From: Candidatus Delongbacteria bacterium
GTDB lineage: Bacteria > CAIWAD01
Length of the DNA stretch: 64,000 nt
Reading direction: 5' to 3'
NCBI GenBank assembly: GCA_020634015.1
Contig: JACKCN010000001.1
Span: 659,258-723,257, forward strand
The first letter of the stretch is position 1. Each line of letters opens with the position of its first letter. A program made the position numbers and the translations under genes. This document shows, piece by piece, positions 29,901-38,370 of the stretch. The notes beneath the pieces are model-generated. The model worked only from the letters and a program-made list of their open reading frames with translations. It was not told the origin of the DNA and did not search any database.

Positions 29901-30673
29901 AGGTACCCGGGAAAGAATGCGTTGAGATGGCACACGACACCGGCGAGGATTCCGTTGAACTCGTAGTGTCCGTCAGGGCCGCAGACCGTGTTCCGGGGCG
30001 GAAACTCGCCCTGATGCAGGGTCAGCTGCGCTCCCGGCAGGACCAGCGAATCGGGGGCGCCGCTGACCATGCCGACCAGGCGGGCGGCCGGAGTGTCGTT
30101 GCGCACCAGCACGAAATCATACTCCGTATCCTGGGGGCCAACGGTCACGGCGGGATTCTCGTGTGTCTGGTACAGAGGATGATAGGCGTGGAATGACCCG
30201 ACCCCGACAAAGGCCGGGTACGACCAGTACCCCGCCTCATCGGTGAACACCAGCATGTCCGTGGGCCCATCGGGACCCACGACCCGCACATTGGCCACAC
30301 CCTGGCCTTCTCCGTTGGTGGCACGCCCGTGCAGTTCGACCACCTCGGGGAAGGTGTTCTGGGGGTCCATGCCGATGGTGACGCTGTTCTCACCCGGCTG
30401 CAGATCCATCAGCAATTCGGCTGGATGATAGCCTTCGCGTGTGACGCTCAGGAACAGCGGTCCGCTCTCGAGACCTTCCAGCACGAACTGGCCAGCCCCA
30501 TTGCTGAAGACCGGTGGGTATGCGGGCTGGGTATCCACGCGTGCATTGTGCAGCGGCTGGCCGCTCAGGATGTCGAAGACCTGGCCCTGAAGACGGGCGG
30601 AAAAGGCGGGCAGGCCAAGCGCCAGAGTCAGCAGGAGTGCCAGCAGGCGGGTGTGGAATGGTCTAGCGGTCAT
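26963..30673 (-). CDS. Giant T9SS cargo protein with multiple carboxypeptidase-regulatory-like (CarbopepD_reg) beta-sandwich repeats and a type-A Por C-terminal sorting domain
   Basis: Signal peptide MTARPFHTRLLALLLTLALGLPAFSA. About 10 repeats of the type GxVxDxxSGxPxxGAxV. C-terminus ...NYTLDFDGNGLASGVYIYRLQADGRSLSRKMVLLK. Confidence 0.75.
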   Translation of the reverse strand: MTARPFHTRLLALLLTLALGLPAFSARLQGQVFDILSGQPLHNARVDTQPAYPPVFSNGAGQFVLEGLESGPLFLSVTREGYHPAELLMDLQPGENSVTIGMDPQNTFPEVVELHGRATNGEGQGVANVRVVGPDGPTDMLVFTDEAGYWSYPAFVGVGSFHAYHPLYQTHENPAVTVGPQDTEYDFVLVRNDTPAARLVGMVSGAPDSLVLPGAQLTLHQGEFPPRNTVCGPDGHYEFNGILAGVVCHLNAFFPGYLARSVEFTPGQGLNTRNLLLENPGGGDLARLSGIVRNANNDQPVQGAAFHFLLQPDHPVVLSSGNGVYLAENLLPGICHFRVEREGFHSLEMLVDLEPSQQLVLDLEMVPLGGGGELATLGGTVFIDGSDTVVAGARIELDTNQGVHRETFSTENGHYQFNELPTGTVVLHAHAEGFLPWEQAVTLGAGENTRHIGLHDGGDHDAFLSGRVSDALSGAPVPGALIHLPGPHHGQVLLTDEDGNYSTDHGHPLFSGPTDLHADAPGYFPFDLEFFLETGDNVLDFSMEPFEGNGQAASLSGTVSDAGSGMPMAHVCLSAPGFMGQPVTAESDSLGHFLLEGLHGGSSELMAAALGYHTLFMPLLLQPGDNSLDLFLNARDDGEPHDPVILGRVLDMFSHDPIGDAELLLQAGDQQWLGLSDEDGHFAFGPLAVDAPFATLSANADGYSEAQLELNLHGMGHHAPDTLRVNIEMMSLDNGMLLGLLAGNVRTEDTGLPVYAMVEAISAEPGDPLSFHTFTNSSGHWSLDLPAGAWFVRCHVLSGGNGAPVDYTEYWEDAQSLDAATVIDLAPTMVRDGMNFGIPRVDGGQITIQLAGRVSDADLQGIPGVALRFWTPAGELEEARVNTDPQGNWGATIILDRLPIVPFSISAEREGYLMDFFSNAESFADATQFSFTSDASISNLNFNLTAAADAQNSISGRLLDQSGEARADGLVVALDADTGALCTVPTDLQGNYRVGNDGDHRLTLLYFAPGHMPVFSGDSWSLDGAMSYSGSTDMTNQDMSVRSLATSAGASTVTGLVRSEAGLPLAGALLLAVSTDGQDVRWALSGPQGAYSLAGLVDQNSYVVYCSLAGYHSGQSQVQADESDAYTRLLNFDLSLRGSTDLDEEPGLPAELALWANWPNPFNPVTSLSYELERQHQVRLQVFNLRGALVATLVDGVQPAGNYTLDFDGNGLASGVYIYRLQADGRSLSRKMVLLK

Positions 30674-32276
30674 GGGTTGCAATCCTTTCGGGGATGCGTG
30701 TGTCCTTGTTGCGCACCGCACGGCTGATCAGGGCGGAGAGGTGAGGATAACTGAGCCCCAGCCTGTCACTCATCAGCTTGCGGTTGTGCTCGTAGCGCTG
30801 GAAGAGCCAGGCCAGGATCGTATCGTCGAATTTCTGGTTGATGTCCTTCCAGTCCAGATCGGGGTGCAGCCGGACGAATCGTGTCACGGATGCGGGAGTG
30901 GCCGGGGACCCCATCTGGCGGTGGCGCTGGCGCACGTTGCTGAGGGTTCGATGCGCGATTCCCAGTTGCTGCACGGCCTGCTTCTGTGTGCCATGTTCCT
31001 GCACGCGCAGCTCCAGCAGGGCATTCTGGAAGATCGTGCGGATTTCCTTGAGGCTGTGTGCCAGAGCGAATGCGAACTCCGCATCGTCCAGAGCCGCGCC
31101 CTCATCTGTCGACGTTCCGGGATGGCTCGCGCTGAAACGCACGTGGCTCTCGATGGCTTCCAGTCGGGTGGGAGTGGCCGGATATCCGGCCCTCAGCAGT
31201 TCCATCGTGCTGAGATAGGCTCTGGAATGGAACTGCCGGGACGGCTCGAGCTGATTCAGGCTCTCGTGACACTGGGCCAGATACAGGCAGAGCGCGGGTA
31301 CGATGATCAGCGTGCCCTGCTCCAGGGCGATGTTCAGCCCTTCGGTGAACAATTCGATCGCCTCGGCGTGACATCCTTCCTGCTTGAGGCAGCGTCCCAT
31401 CAGATCCAGGCTGTCGATGCGCGAGTAGGGGAACTCGGCCAGAGAGAGCGCGTGTGCCAGCTCCTGCATGCCCTGGTCGCGCTTGCCCTGCTGGATGTGT
31501 AGCATGCCCAGATCATTCAGCATCAGGGCCCGACAGAACTGCAGCTCAGGTCCGGCGGCCAGCTCCAGTCCGCGCAGGCACCAGGCCTCCGCGTCTTCGG
31601 GCCGCGAATCCACCAGGGCCAGCTGGGCCAGCATGCGGAAGTGCGCCACCGCGGTGGCCTTCTGACCATGCTGCATGAACCACTGAGCCGAGAGTTCCAG
31701 CTGGGCGGCCACGGACTCGCCACGAGCGGCCTGCAGCGCCAACCTGTAGTAATGATGCTGGCGCCGGAGAAACTCGGACCGGGCCAGACGCTGGATGTTG
31801 TCCAGCATCGAGCCAGCAGCGTCGGAATTGCCGATCAGCATCAGGAAACGCGCCATCTCCAGTTGCACGAAGGCCCGCTGCTCGGCATCGGTCGCGGGAG
31901 TCAGGAGGCTCCAGGCCTGGCCCAGCAACTGCCCGCCTTCGCGCAGCCGCATCTGGCTGTTCAGTCCGCGCGCCAGTCCGGCAAGCAGCACCGCCTTGTG
32001 CGAAGGGTCGCGTTCCAGTTGCAGGAGGGTGCGAAAGGCCTGACAGGTATCGGGAATGGTCTTTCCGCAGAACATGGAAAGGTGGCCGACCGCATCCAGC
32101 CACTTGGAATCGGGTTGAACTCCGTCCAGTGGGCCCAGCTCTGAGGTCGGGGACGGCCCCATGCGGAAGACTGCCGGCAGAAACGCGGTATGGGGAGCTG
32201 TGTTCATGGCGCGAAACCTGCCATCTGCTGACCGGGTTTGCCAGAAATTTTTCCATCTGGTCGCATTTTTTTCCAA
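30663..32276 (-). CDS. TPR-like regulator with two C-terminal Fis-type HTH motifs
   Basis: Helical TPR-like body. QKQAVQQLGIAHRTLSN and KLMSDRLGLSYPHLSALI HTH_8-like segments. Start could be 32207. Confidence 0.5.
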   Translation of the reverse strand: MEKNATRWKNFWQTRSADGRFRAMNTAPHTAFLPAVFRMGPSPTSELGPLDGVQPDSKWLDAVGHLSMFCGKTIPDTCQAFRTLLQLERDPSHKAVLLAGLARGLNSQMRLREGGQLLGQAWSLLTPATDAEQRAFVQLEMARFLMLIGNSDAAGSMLDNIQRLARSEFLRRQHHYYRLALQAARGESVAAQLELSAQWFMQHGQKATAVAHFRMLAQLALVDSRPEDAEAWCLRGLELAAGPELQFCRALMLNDLGMLHIQQGKRDQGMQELAHALSLAEFPYSRIDSLDLMGRCLKQEGCHAEAIELFTEGLNIALEQGTLIIVPALCLYLAQCHESLNQLEPSRQFHSRAYLSTMELLRAGYPATPTRLEAIESHVRFSASHPGTSTDEGAALDDAEFAFALAHSLKEIRTIFQNALLELRVQEHGTQKQAVQQLGIAHRTLSNVRQRHRQMGSPATPASVTRFVRLHPDLDWKDINQKFDDTILAWLFQRYEHNRKLMSDRLGLSYPHLSALISRAVRNKDTRIPERIATHDR

Positions 32277-32369
32277 CCTCCCGGGACTCCTGTCCGGTCA
32301 ATTCCATTGAAACAGCCTGCGATCGGAAGTCTGGACGGTCGCGCGGGGCACACGGTCGACGAGTCGAGG

Positions 32370-32807
32370 TCAGGGAATCCGTCGGGCTGCCGGATGAACA
32401 TCCAGCTCCCAGCAGAACTCACCCTGTGGGTGGAGCCAGGTCCGCCTGGTCCGTCTTCCGGGATCCGGTTCCGGGCTGGCCGTGCTGAAGGTGGCGCAGA
32501 GGCGATAGCGGGATTCGTCCAGGATCCGGTAGCCATAGTCCGTGCCGTGCATGGGGTCCACCAGTTCGAGCGAGGCCCGGGGATCTTCGGCCAGCACGCG
32601 CAGCGAATCGGGCAGGCGGCCATGATCATTCCAGTAGGCATCAATGGCAACGACCAGCCCTTCGAGGTGGCTCACGCGCAGCTCGTCGAGGCGCAGCAGA
32701 CGCTGCTCGGCGGGAGAGGGCAACACCCCCAGCGAACGGGCCAGCACCAGCAACAGGATCACCAGTACAATGGCGCTGGCGATGCGCAGCAGACGAGCCC
32801 CGGTCAT
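32370..32807 (-). CDS. Hypothetical membrane-anchored protein
   Basis: N-terminal TM segment ASAIVLVILLLVLA. Overlaps the upstream gene's stop. Confidence 0.4.
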   Translation of the reverse strand: MTGARLLRIASAIVLVILLLVLARSLGVLPSPAEQRLLRLDELRVSHLEGLVVAIDAYWNDHGRLPDSLRVLAEDPRASLELVDPMHGTDYGYRILDESRYRLCATFSTASPEPDPGRRTRRTWLHPQGEFCWELDVHPAARRIP

Positions 32808-33463
32808 GCCAGCTCCTCGGAACTCCGCAGATCGCGGATGTAGTACAGGAACGCCGCACCGGCCAGCAGGGCCACCACAGCCACTTTCAACAGAAAACGC
32901 ACCTTCAGATCACCGTCGAGCAGGTTGTAGACCAGTACCACCAGGTCTCCCATCAGGCTGCTGGCCGCGATGAACAGGGTCAGGGCGGTCAGCCACTGGC
33001 GCACGCGCGAGGCACGTCGCATGGGCTCTTCGATCAGACTGCGGGTCAGTCGCCAGTTGAGCGCCAGGAACAGCGGAGCACAGATCACCAGCCAGGAAAT
33101 GGCCCAGCGGATGGTGGTCTGGCGTCCATTGGTGGTCATGTACTCCAGAGGATCGGGAAAGGCCTGTTCGATCAACTGGAAGGCCAGGGTCCCCAGGTTC
33201 CAGAGACCGATGTACAGCGCCAGAAACAGCAGCAGGTAGAACCAGGTCTCGCGCGGCGACACACCGGGGCGCGGACGGGGAACGGGCAGCGGCGACTCAC
33301 TGTCAGCCCAGGCCTGCAACGCGCGCTCGATATCTCGCTGGCTCCAGCCAGCCGCCAGCAGGCTCTCGGCAATGCTGGCTCTGGTCATTCCGTGTGACAA
33401 TGCGCTGTGAACGAAACGGCCCAGTTCGGGGGATTGGCTGCCCATCGTGAGACCCTCCTGCAC
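32804..33463 (-). CDS. Membrane protein (soluble N-domain plus about 4 TM helices)
   Basis: Hydrophobic segments FYLLLFLALYIGLW, WLVICAPLFLAL, LTLFIAASSLMGDLVVLV, AVVALLAGAAFLYYI. Confidence 0.45.
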   Translation of the reverse strand: MQEGLTMGSQSPELGRFVHSALSHGMTRASIAESLLAAGWSQRDIERALQAWADSESPLPVPRPRPGVSPRETWFYLLLFLALYIGLWNLGTLAFQLIEQAFPDPLEYMTTNGRQTTIRWAISWLVICAPLFLALNWRLTRSLIEEPMRRASRVRQWLTALTLFIAASSLMGDLVVLVYNLLDGDLKVRFLLKVAVVALLAGAAFLYYIRDLRSSEELA

Positions 33464-33472
33464 TCGTGTGAC

Positions 33473-34060
33473 TCAGGCGCGACTGCGTTCAACCAGTGCC
33501 GCGAAGCCCTGGCGCAACATCTGCTCGGCGTCGTCGAACTCCAGCATCCGGCTGCGATGGATGTAGGCCAGAAACAACCCGACCCAGGCGAAGACGAAGG
33601 TCTTCTCGTTGAGATCGGCGCGCAGGTCGCCTTCGTCGATGGCCAGGCGCACGGCGCGCTCGAAGGTGTCGTACAGTCGGCGCTGATAGAGCACCAGCTG
33701 ATCGTGGATCTCGCCGGGCCGGTCGTCGAACTCGAAGGCGCTGGACATGATCAGGCAGCCGCCGGGCAGGAACTCGGCATTCTCCCAGGCCAGCCAGCCT
33801 TCGAAGAGCGCCTGCACGCGCTCCAATCCACGCGCCTTTTCAAGCGCGGGGTCGAAGACGAAGTGCACCCAGCGTTCGGCCGTGGCTTCCACGACCATCT
33901 TCTGGAGGTTTTCCTTGGACTGGAAATGGGCGAACAACCCGCTCTTCGACATGTGAAGCGTGCGGGCCAGGTTGCCTATGGTCAGACCTTCGAGTCCAAG
34001 GATGCTGGCCATGCGGATGGCCTGGTCGAGGATCTGTTCGCGGGTTCGGATGCCTTTCAT
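33473..34060 (-). CDS. TetR/AcrR family transcriptional regulator
   Basis: N-terminal HTH REQILDQAIRMASILGLEGLTIGNLARTLHMSKSGLFAHFQSKE. Confidence 0.85.
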   Translation of the reverse strand: MKGIRTREQILDQAIRMASILGLEGLTIGNLARTLHMSKSGLFAHFQSKENLQKMVVEATAERWVHFVFDPALEKARGLERVQALFEGWLAWENAEFLPGGCLIMSSAFEFDDRPGEIHDQLVLYQRRLYDTFERAVRLAIDEGDLRADLNEKTFVFAWVGLFLAYIHRSRMLEFDDAEQMLRQGFAALVERSRA

Positions 34061-34198
34061 GGCCCGAGAATAGAAAAAGACGATTTCACTTGCGAATTAG
34101 ATCGATCGTTCGTTTTCTTATGGCACGATCGTTCGGTTTATTCACAGCAGCTGGACCCCTACAAGCGGCTGCTTCAACCCGGATCCCTGGAGGTGACC

Positions 34199-34786
34199 AT
34201 GAATCGCAATGCAACGACCGCCCTGCCTGAAGACATTTCACGACCGTTCAGGACACTCAACCCGTTCTCCGCTTCCACCCTGCTGGCCGCGCTGATGCTT
34301 CTGGCGGGCATGATCCCGAGCGTCCAGGCGGCGCGGATCACCAACGCGGGTCCACGAGTGGGCATGATGGTGCTCAAGGGGGCCGACAAGAATCATGCGG
34401 CCGACGCCGACATGTCCTCGATGCTGAGCGCATTCGGTTGGCACATGGAAACCGAATTCTCCAGCACCATTGGTGGCGCGCGTGGCAACACCTCGCTGGT
34501 GCTGCTGGCCGTTGGCGCCGATCAGGGCAAGCTGCTGCCGAGCGCCACCTGGCTGATCGGTGCCCGCAGCCCGGGCGGCTGGGAAGTGGGCATGGGTCCC
34601 AACGCCAGTCTGGCGGGCAGTGGATTCACCGTGGCCATGGGGCGCACCCGCAAGAGCGGTGAACTGAACCTGCCCTTCAATGTGGCCGGCACCTTCTCCC
34701 CTGACAGCTTCCGCCTCAGCCTGCTCACCGGCTTCAACATGCGCAGTGACGACATGGACACCCGCTCGCGTCACCGCGTGCGCTGA
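34199..34786 (+). CDS. Small secreted/outer-membrane-like hypothetical protein, divergent from tetR
   Basis: ATG 34199 with GGAGGTGA RBS. Signal peptide LLAALMLLAGMIPSVQAA. The 5' part of the track ORF 33407..34786 is antisense to tetR. Confidence 0.5.
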   Translation: MNRNATTALPEDISRPFRTLNPFSASTLLAALMLLAGMIPSVQAARITNAGPRVGMMVLKGADKNHAADADMSSMLSAFGWHMETEFSSTIGGARGNTSLVLLAVGADQGKLLPSATWLIGARSPGGWEVGMGPNASLAGSGFTVAMGRTRKSGELNLPFNVAGTFSPDSFRLSLLTGFNMRSDDMDTRSRHRVR

Positions 34787-35033
34787 CAGTTTTCAGGCAA
34801 GTGGATGAGCGCACTCGTGCGCCCGTACTGATTCCACCCCCTTTGCGCAGCAGAGTCAGCCAGCGTGGGCCACAGAAGACACATGTCGACCAACCGAGGC
34901 GAAGCCATCCATACCTCCCCCCACGAACTGGGGGAAGGTGGCTTGGCTTCGACTCGGACAATCAGAAGCTGGGAGCAGGGGACCACTCCAGCTGACTCTG
35001 CACCGCAATCGGGCAATTCCATGGGAGGATTCC

Positions 35034-35510
35034 ATGCTTGTCAACCCCGGGCGAATCACGATCCTGGCATTGTTGCTGGCACTTCTGTCCAGTCACACAT
35101 TCGCGCAGTCCCCGTCAGAAAGCGCCGGAATCCTCCAATCGGATGGTTCTGAAGTCAGGACACTGAACATCAAGAGTTGCAATGACTCCAGGTTGAGTGG
35201 AGTACAACAGGCAACGCTGCACCACTCGTCGGCTGGTTGGTTCTGGGGAGGAGTCGGCTCCGGGCTTGTTCTGGGGCCGATCGGAGCAGCGGCGATCACG
35301 CTGTCCGCGCGTTCGTCCAGCCCGATTCCACCTGAGATCCCGCAGGATGTCAGCAGGCAGTGCTTCCTCGAGGGCTATGATTCCACAGCCAGACGACAGA
35401 ATGTGGGTCGAGCACTCTGCGGTGGATTGATCGGGACAGCCATTCTGACTGCCGCGACCGTGTACTCGCTCAATCACATGAGTCCGGATCTGAACCCGAG
35501 GATCTACTGA
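35034..35510 (+). CDS. Hypothetical exported/membrane protein
   Basis: ATG 35034 with GGGAGGA RBS. Signal peptide ITILALLLALLSSHTFAQ. C-terminal hydrophobic segment. Confidence 0.4.
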   Translation: MLVNPGRITILALLLALLSSHTFAQSPSESAGILQSDGSEVRTLNIKSCNDSRLSGVQQATLHHSSAGWFWGGVGSGLVLGPIGAAAITLSARSSSPIPPEIPQDVSRQCFLEGYDSTARRQNVGRALCGGLIGTAILTAATVYSLNHMSPDLNPRIY

Positions 35511-35865
35511 TCAGGAAACGAGTGTGGTGACGGTCCCTTCGACCGTCATTGTGTCCGAGGTGGCGTCCGTCGAGGTGGCGGACAAGGTGGTGGACGAGGT
35601 GGCGGTCAGGATGAGGGTCGAAGCGATTGACGTCGCATCGCCCGCGCTGATGGGCGCGACGGCGGTCCCCCGCCGTTGCCTGATGTTGATGCCTCATTCG
35701 GGGCATGGCGGGGGATGAGACGCAAGCACTCAGCGCAAGGGAATGGGCACGCTGCGCGTTGCCCATCCTGCGGATCTATTGCCGAAGTACCGGCGCTGGA
35801 GCCAATGACCTGGGTGAATCCGAGGAGCGTTTGTCCAGGCAGCAATCCGCTGTCGGGGAATTGTG

Positions 35866-38370
35866 TCAGTCCTTCTGGACGGGAACTCCCTGATCGGCCA
35901 CCACGTCGCCTCCGCTCATGCCTGTGTGACGGTAGTAGATCTGCAGGTACTCGTAGGCCAGATCGCTGGGAATGGAATCGTAGCGGCCCAGGTGCGCGTT
36001 GTTGAAGCCTTCGGCCAGGCCGCTGACTCGCAGCATGCCCTGCCCCACGGCCACTTCGCTGGCCAGTACCATGCCGCGCTCGTCGCTGTAGAAGGGCGTG
36101 CCACCCAGGACCTGGCGCGCATTCTCAAGGTACACCGGAAAGCGTGTCCCGGAACCGACCAGACGCGCATCACGCACGTTCTGCTCGCCCAGTTCGATGC
36201 CATATCCCCGCAGCCAGTCGTTGAGGTCACCGCAGTCCTGCCCCGGCATTGAGGCCACCAGGACTTGCCCGCCTTCCTTCATGAACAGATCCAGTTCCTT
36301 GCGGAAATCGGGAGCCGGTGCGCCCATGGGATTCAGCAGGATGTACTGGCGTGTGCCCGGGAAGAGGGTCTGGCTGGCGCGCTCGGGAATGTCGCCGGAA
36401 CGGTAGAGCCAGACATAGAAAGTTTCCATGTTCAGCGGGTCGTCGTGATCCAGCTTGTTCTTCGCGGGCAGCTCGATCCGGGAGAGGCCGGTATCCAGCA
36501 CGACCCCCGGGAGTTCGTGGCGTCGTTCGGGCATGGTGTACACGGACGCGTTGATCGCCTTCACCAACGGAATCACCAGGGCGGCCGTCAGAGCCAGCGC
36601 CAGCAGCCAGTCCACGCGGCCCGTTCCGCCTCGACGCAGGGCACCCAGGCCCAGCAGCAGGGCCAGCAGGCCGAAGATCCAGCGCTCGTCGACAGGCAGG
36701 GATTTCTGGTTCAGCCAGCCCACGATGCCCATCAGGTGTTCCAGCCGACCCTCGAGGAACATGGCGAAGTTGCTGTAGGTCGTGCTGTCGCTGAAACCCA
36801 GCACCTTGCCCTTGCCGTAGCGCACGGACACCACCTGGAACAGGTTGCCCCAGCGCAGTTCCGTGCGTGGATAGTAGACATCGAAGAAGTTGGAGGTGGC
36901 GTAGCTCAGCAGGTCGCTGCCGGTCTGGGGGCCGCGTGACACGCAGCGGGTGTTCCAGCCGGGCCTGATGCTGCACCCCGTGAGATAGCGGTACCAGGGC
37001 AGATTCTGGAAAGCCGGGTGGGCGATCACATCGTCCTGCTGCCAGAACTGGTCCTCCGTGCTCAGCAGGTCGAAGACCGTGTCCTTGTTGTAGATGAAAC
37101 CAAAGTGCCGGGTCAGTTCGTTGAGAAAGGTGCTCATCCCGAACACGTCGGTATGATCGCTGATCAGGTACAGCCCCCCGCCCGCGTGCACGAAGTCCAG
37201 CACGGAACGGATTTCATCCTCGGAATAGGCCCGGGTCGGGGTCTTGAGGATCAGCACATCCACCGTGTCCAGCAGGGCGGGCGTGAGCGGATCGAAGTTG
37301 ATGCGCGAATCGTAATGGCGCGCCAGCAGGCGGCCCAACCCATGATAGTTGTAGGTGGTGCGGGTACCGAACTGGGTGGTGTTCATGGGGTCGCCCGTCC
37401 ACTCCCAGTCGCTGTGGCCATCGTCCACCAGCACCCGGCCCGGGTTGGCACCCAGGGGAAGCTCGAGGAACACCGCCAGCCAGAAACAGAGTGCGGCACC
37501 GAAGGCCAGCAGCAGCGACTTCCGCGAGGGTGCCGCAAGTTCCGATACGGCAGCCGGTTGCAACCCACTGGCCAGCAGGCCCGCCAGCAGGATGGGCGGC
37601 AGGCCGGTGAGCGCCTGGTAGAGCGGACTCCAGGGCACTTCAAAATCGTAGAGCATGGGCGCCAGCTGGCTCTGGAACACGAAGATCAGCGCACCCCAGA
37701 GACTGGCCAGTGCCACCAGGATGCCCAGCCGCGCCAGGCCGGACAGCACAGGGCGAGCTCCTGAAGAGGAGGCCAACAATGCACGCAGCCAGAAGACCAG
37801 GAACAGTCCCAGTGCCAGCACGCGGTAATACAGGCCCGTCCATTCACCGCCCAGGGAGAACGGCAGCATTTCGTCCGGTGTCCCCAATACCCAGTCGGCC
37901 CCCAGCATGGCCGCATTGCTGCCGCCGGCCCTTGCGATGGCCTGCGCCAGCAGACCGGTGATGGCATCCCGTGGCAGCATGGCATGCAGGTAGGAAGCGG
38001 GAAGAATCAACGCATGTCCCAGAGTTCCCGCGGCCCCCGCGAACACCAGAGCCCATCCGGTGCGAGCACAGGACCCGCCCGGAATCAGCAGGGCCAGCGC
38101 GCCGCCCGCCAGCAGGACCACTCCCGGCATCCAGGCCGAAGGCAGCAACCACAGCAGAGCCAGCGCGGACAGCAGAAGTGCCGCAGCCTGCGGGCGTGAG
38201 ACAGCAGGTGCGCCCCCCCCGATCCAGCGGGCAGCCACGGCGACCCCCAGCAGCAGCGCACTCCAGCCCATGCCGTGCTCGGGCAGAACATACAGGGGGC
38301 TCAGGCAGGTGGCCGAGGCGATGCCGGCCCAGACGGCCAGCGCGGTCCAGGTTGTGGTCTGGCGGGTCAT
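35866..38370 (-). CDS. Large polytopic membrane protein with two extracytoplasmic GATase1/ThuA-like (DUF4350-like) domains; paralog of the upstream gene
   Basis: ATG 38370 overlaps the stop of the upstream paralog (ATGA). N-terminal multi-TM region. Twice the pattern hydrophobic run ... VHAGGGLYLISDHT / KEGGQVLVASMPGQD, separated by a TM segment. Confidence 0.55.
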   Translation of the reverse strand: MTRQTTTWTALAVWAGIASATCLSPLYVLPEHGMGWSALLLGVAVAARWIGGGAPAVSRPQAAALLLSALALLWLLPSAWMPGVVLLAGGALALLIPGGSCARTGWALVFAGAAGTLGHALILPASYLHAMLPRDAITGLLAQAIARAGGSNAAMLGADWVLGTPDEMLPFSLGGEWTGLYYRVLALGLFLVFWLRALLASSSGARPVLSGLARLGILVALASLWGALIFVFQSQLAPMLYDFEVPWSPLYQALTGLPPILLAGLLASGLQPAAVSELAAPSRKSLLLAFGAALCFWLAVFLELPLGANPGRVLVDDGHSDWEWTGDPMNTTQFGTRTTYNYHGLGRLLARHYDSRINFDPLTPALLDTVDVLILKTPTRAYSEDEIRSVLDFVHAGGGLYLISDHTDVFGMSTFLNELTRHFGFIYNKDTVFDLLSTEDQFWQQDDVIAHPAFQNLPWYRYLTGCSIRPGWNTRCVSRGPQTGSDLLSYATSNFFDVYYPRTELRWGNLFQVVSVRYGKGKVLGFSDSTTYSNFAMFLEGRLEHLMGIVGWLNQKSLPVDERWIFGLLALLLGLGALRRGGTGRVDWLLALALTAALVIPLVKAINASVYTMPERRHELPGVVLDTGLSRIELPAKNKLDHDDPLNMETFYVWLYRSGDIPERASQTLFPGTRQYILLNPMGAPAPDFRKELDLFMKEGGQVLVASMPGQDCGDLNDWLRGYGIELGEQNVRDARLVGSGTRFPVYLENARQVLGGTPFYSDERGMVLASEVAVGQGMLRVSGLAEGFNNAHLGRYDSIPSDLAYEYLQIYYRHTGMSGGDVVADQGVPVQKD

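Noticed and set aside
26714-30196. 1160-aa + ORF
   Set aside because: It is antisense to the T9SS cargo gene, which has a signal peptide and a CTD on the minus strand.
33407-34198. N-terminal 264 aa of track ORF 33407..34786
   Set aside because: This part is antisense to tetR. The real gene starts at ATG 34199, which has an RBS and a signal peptide.
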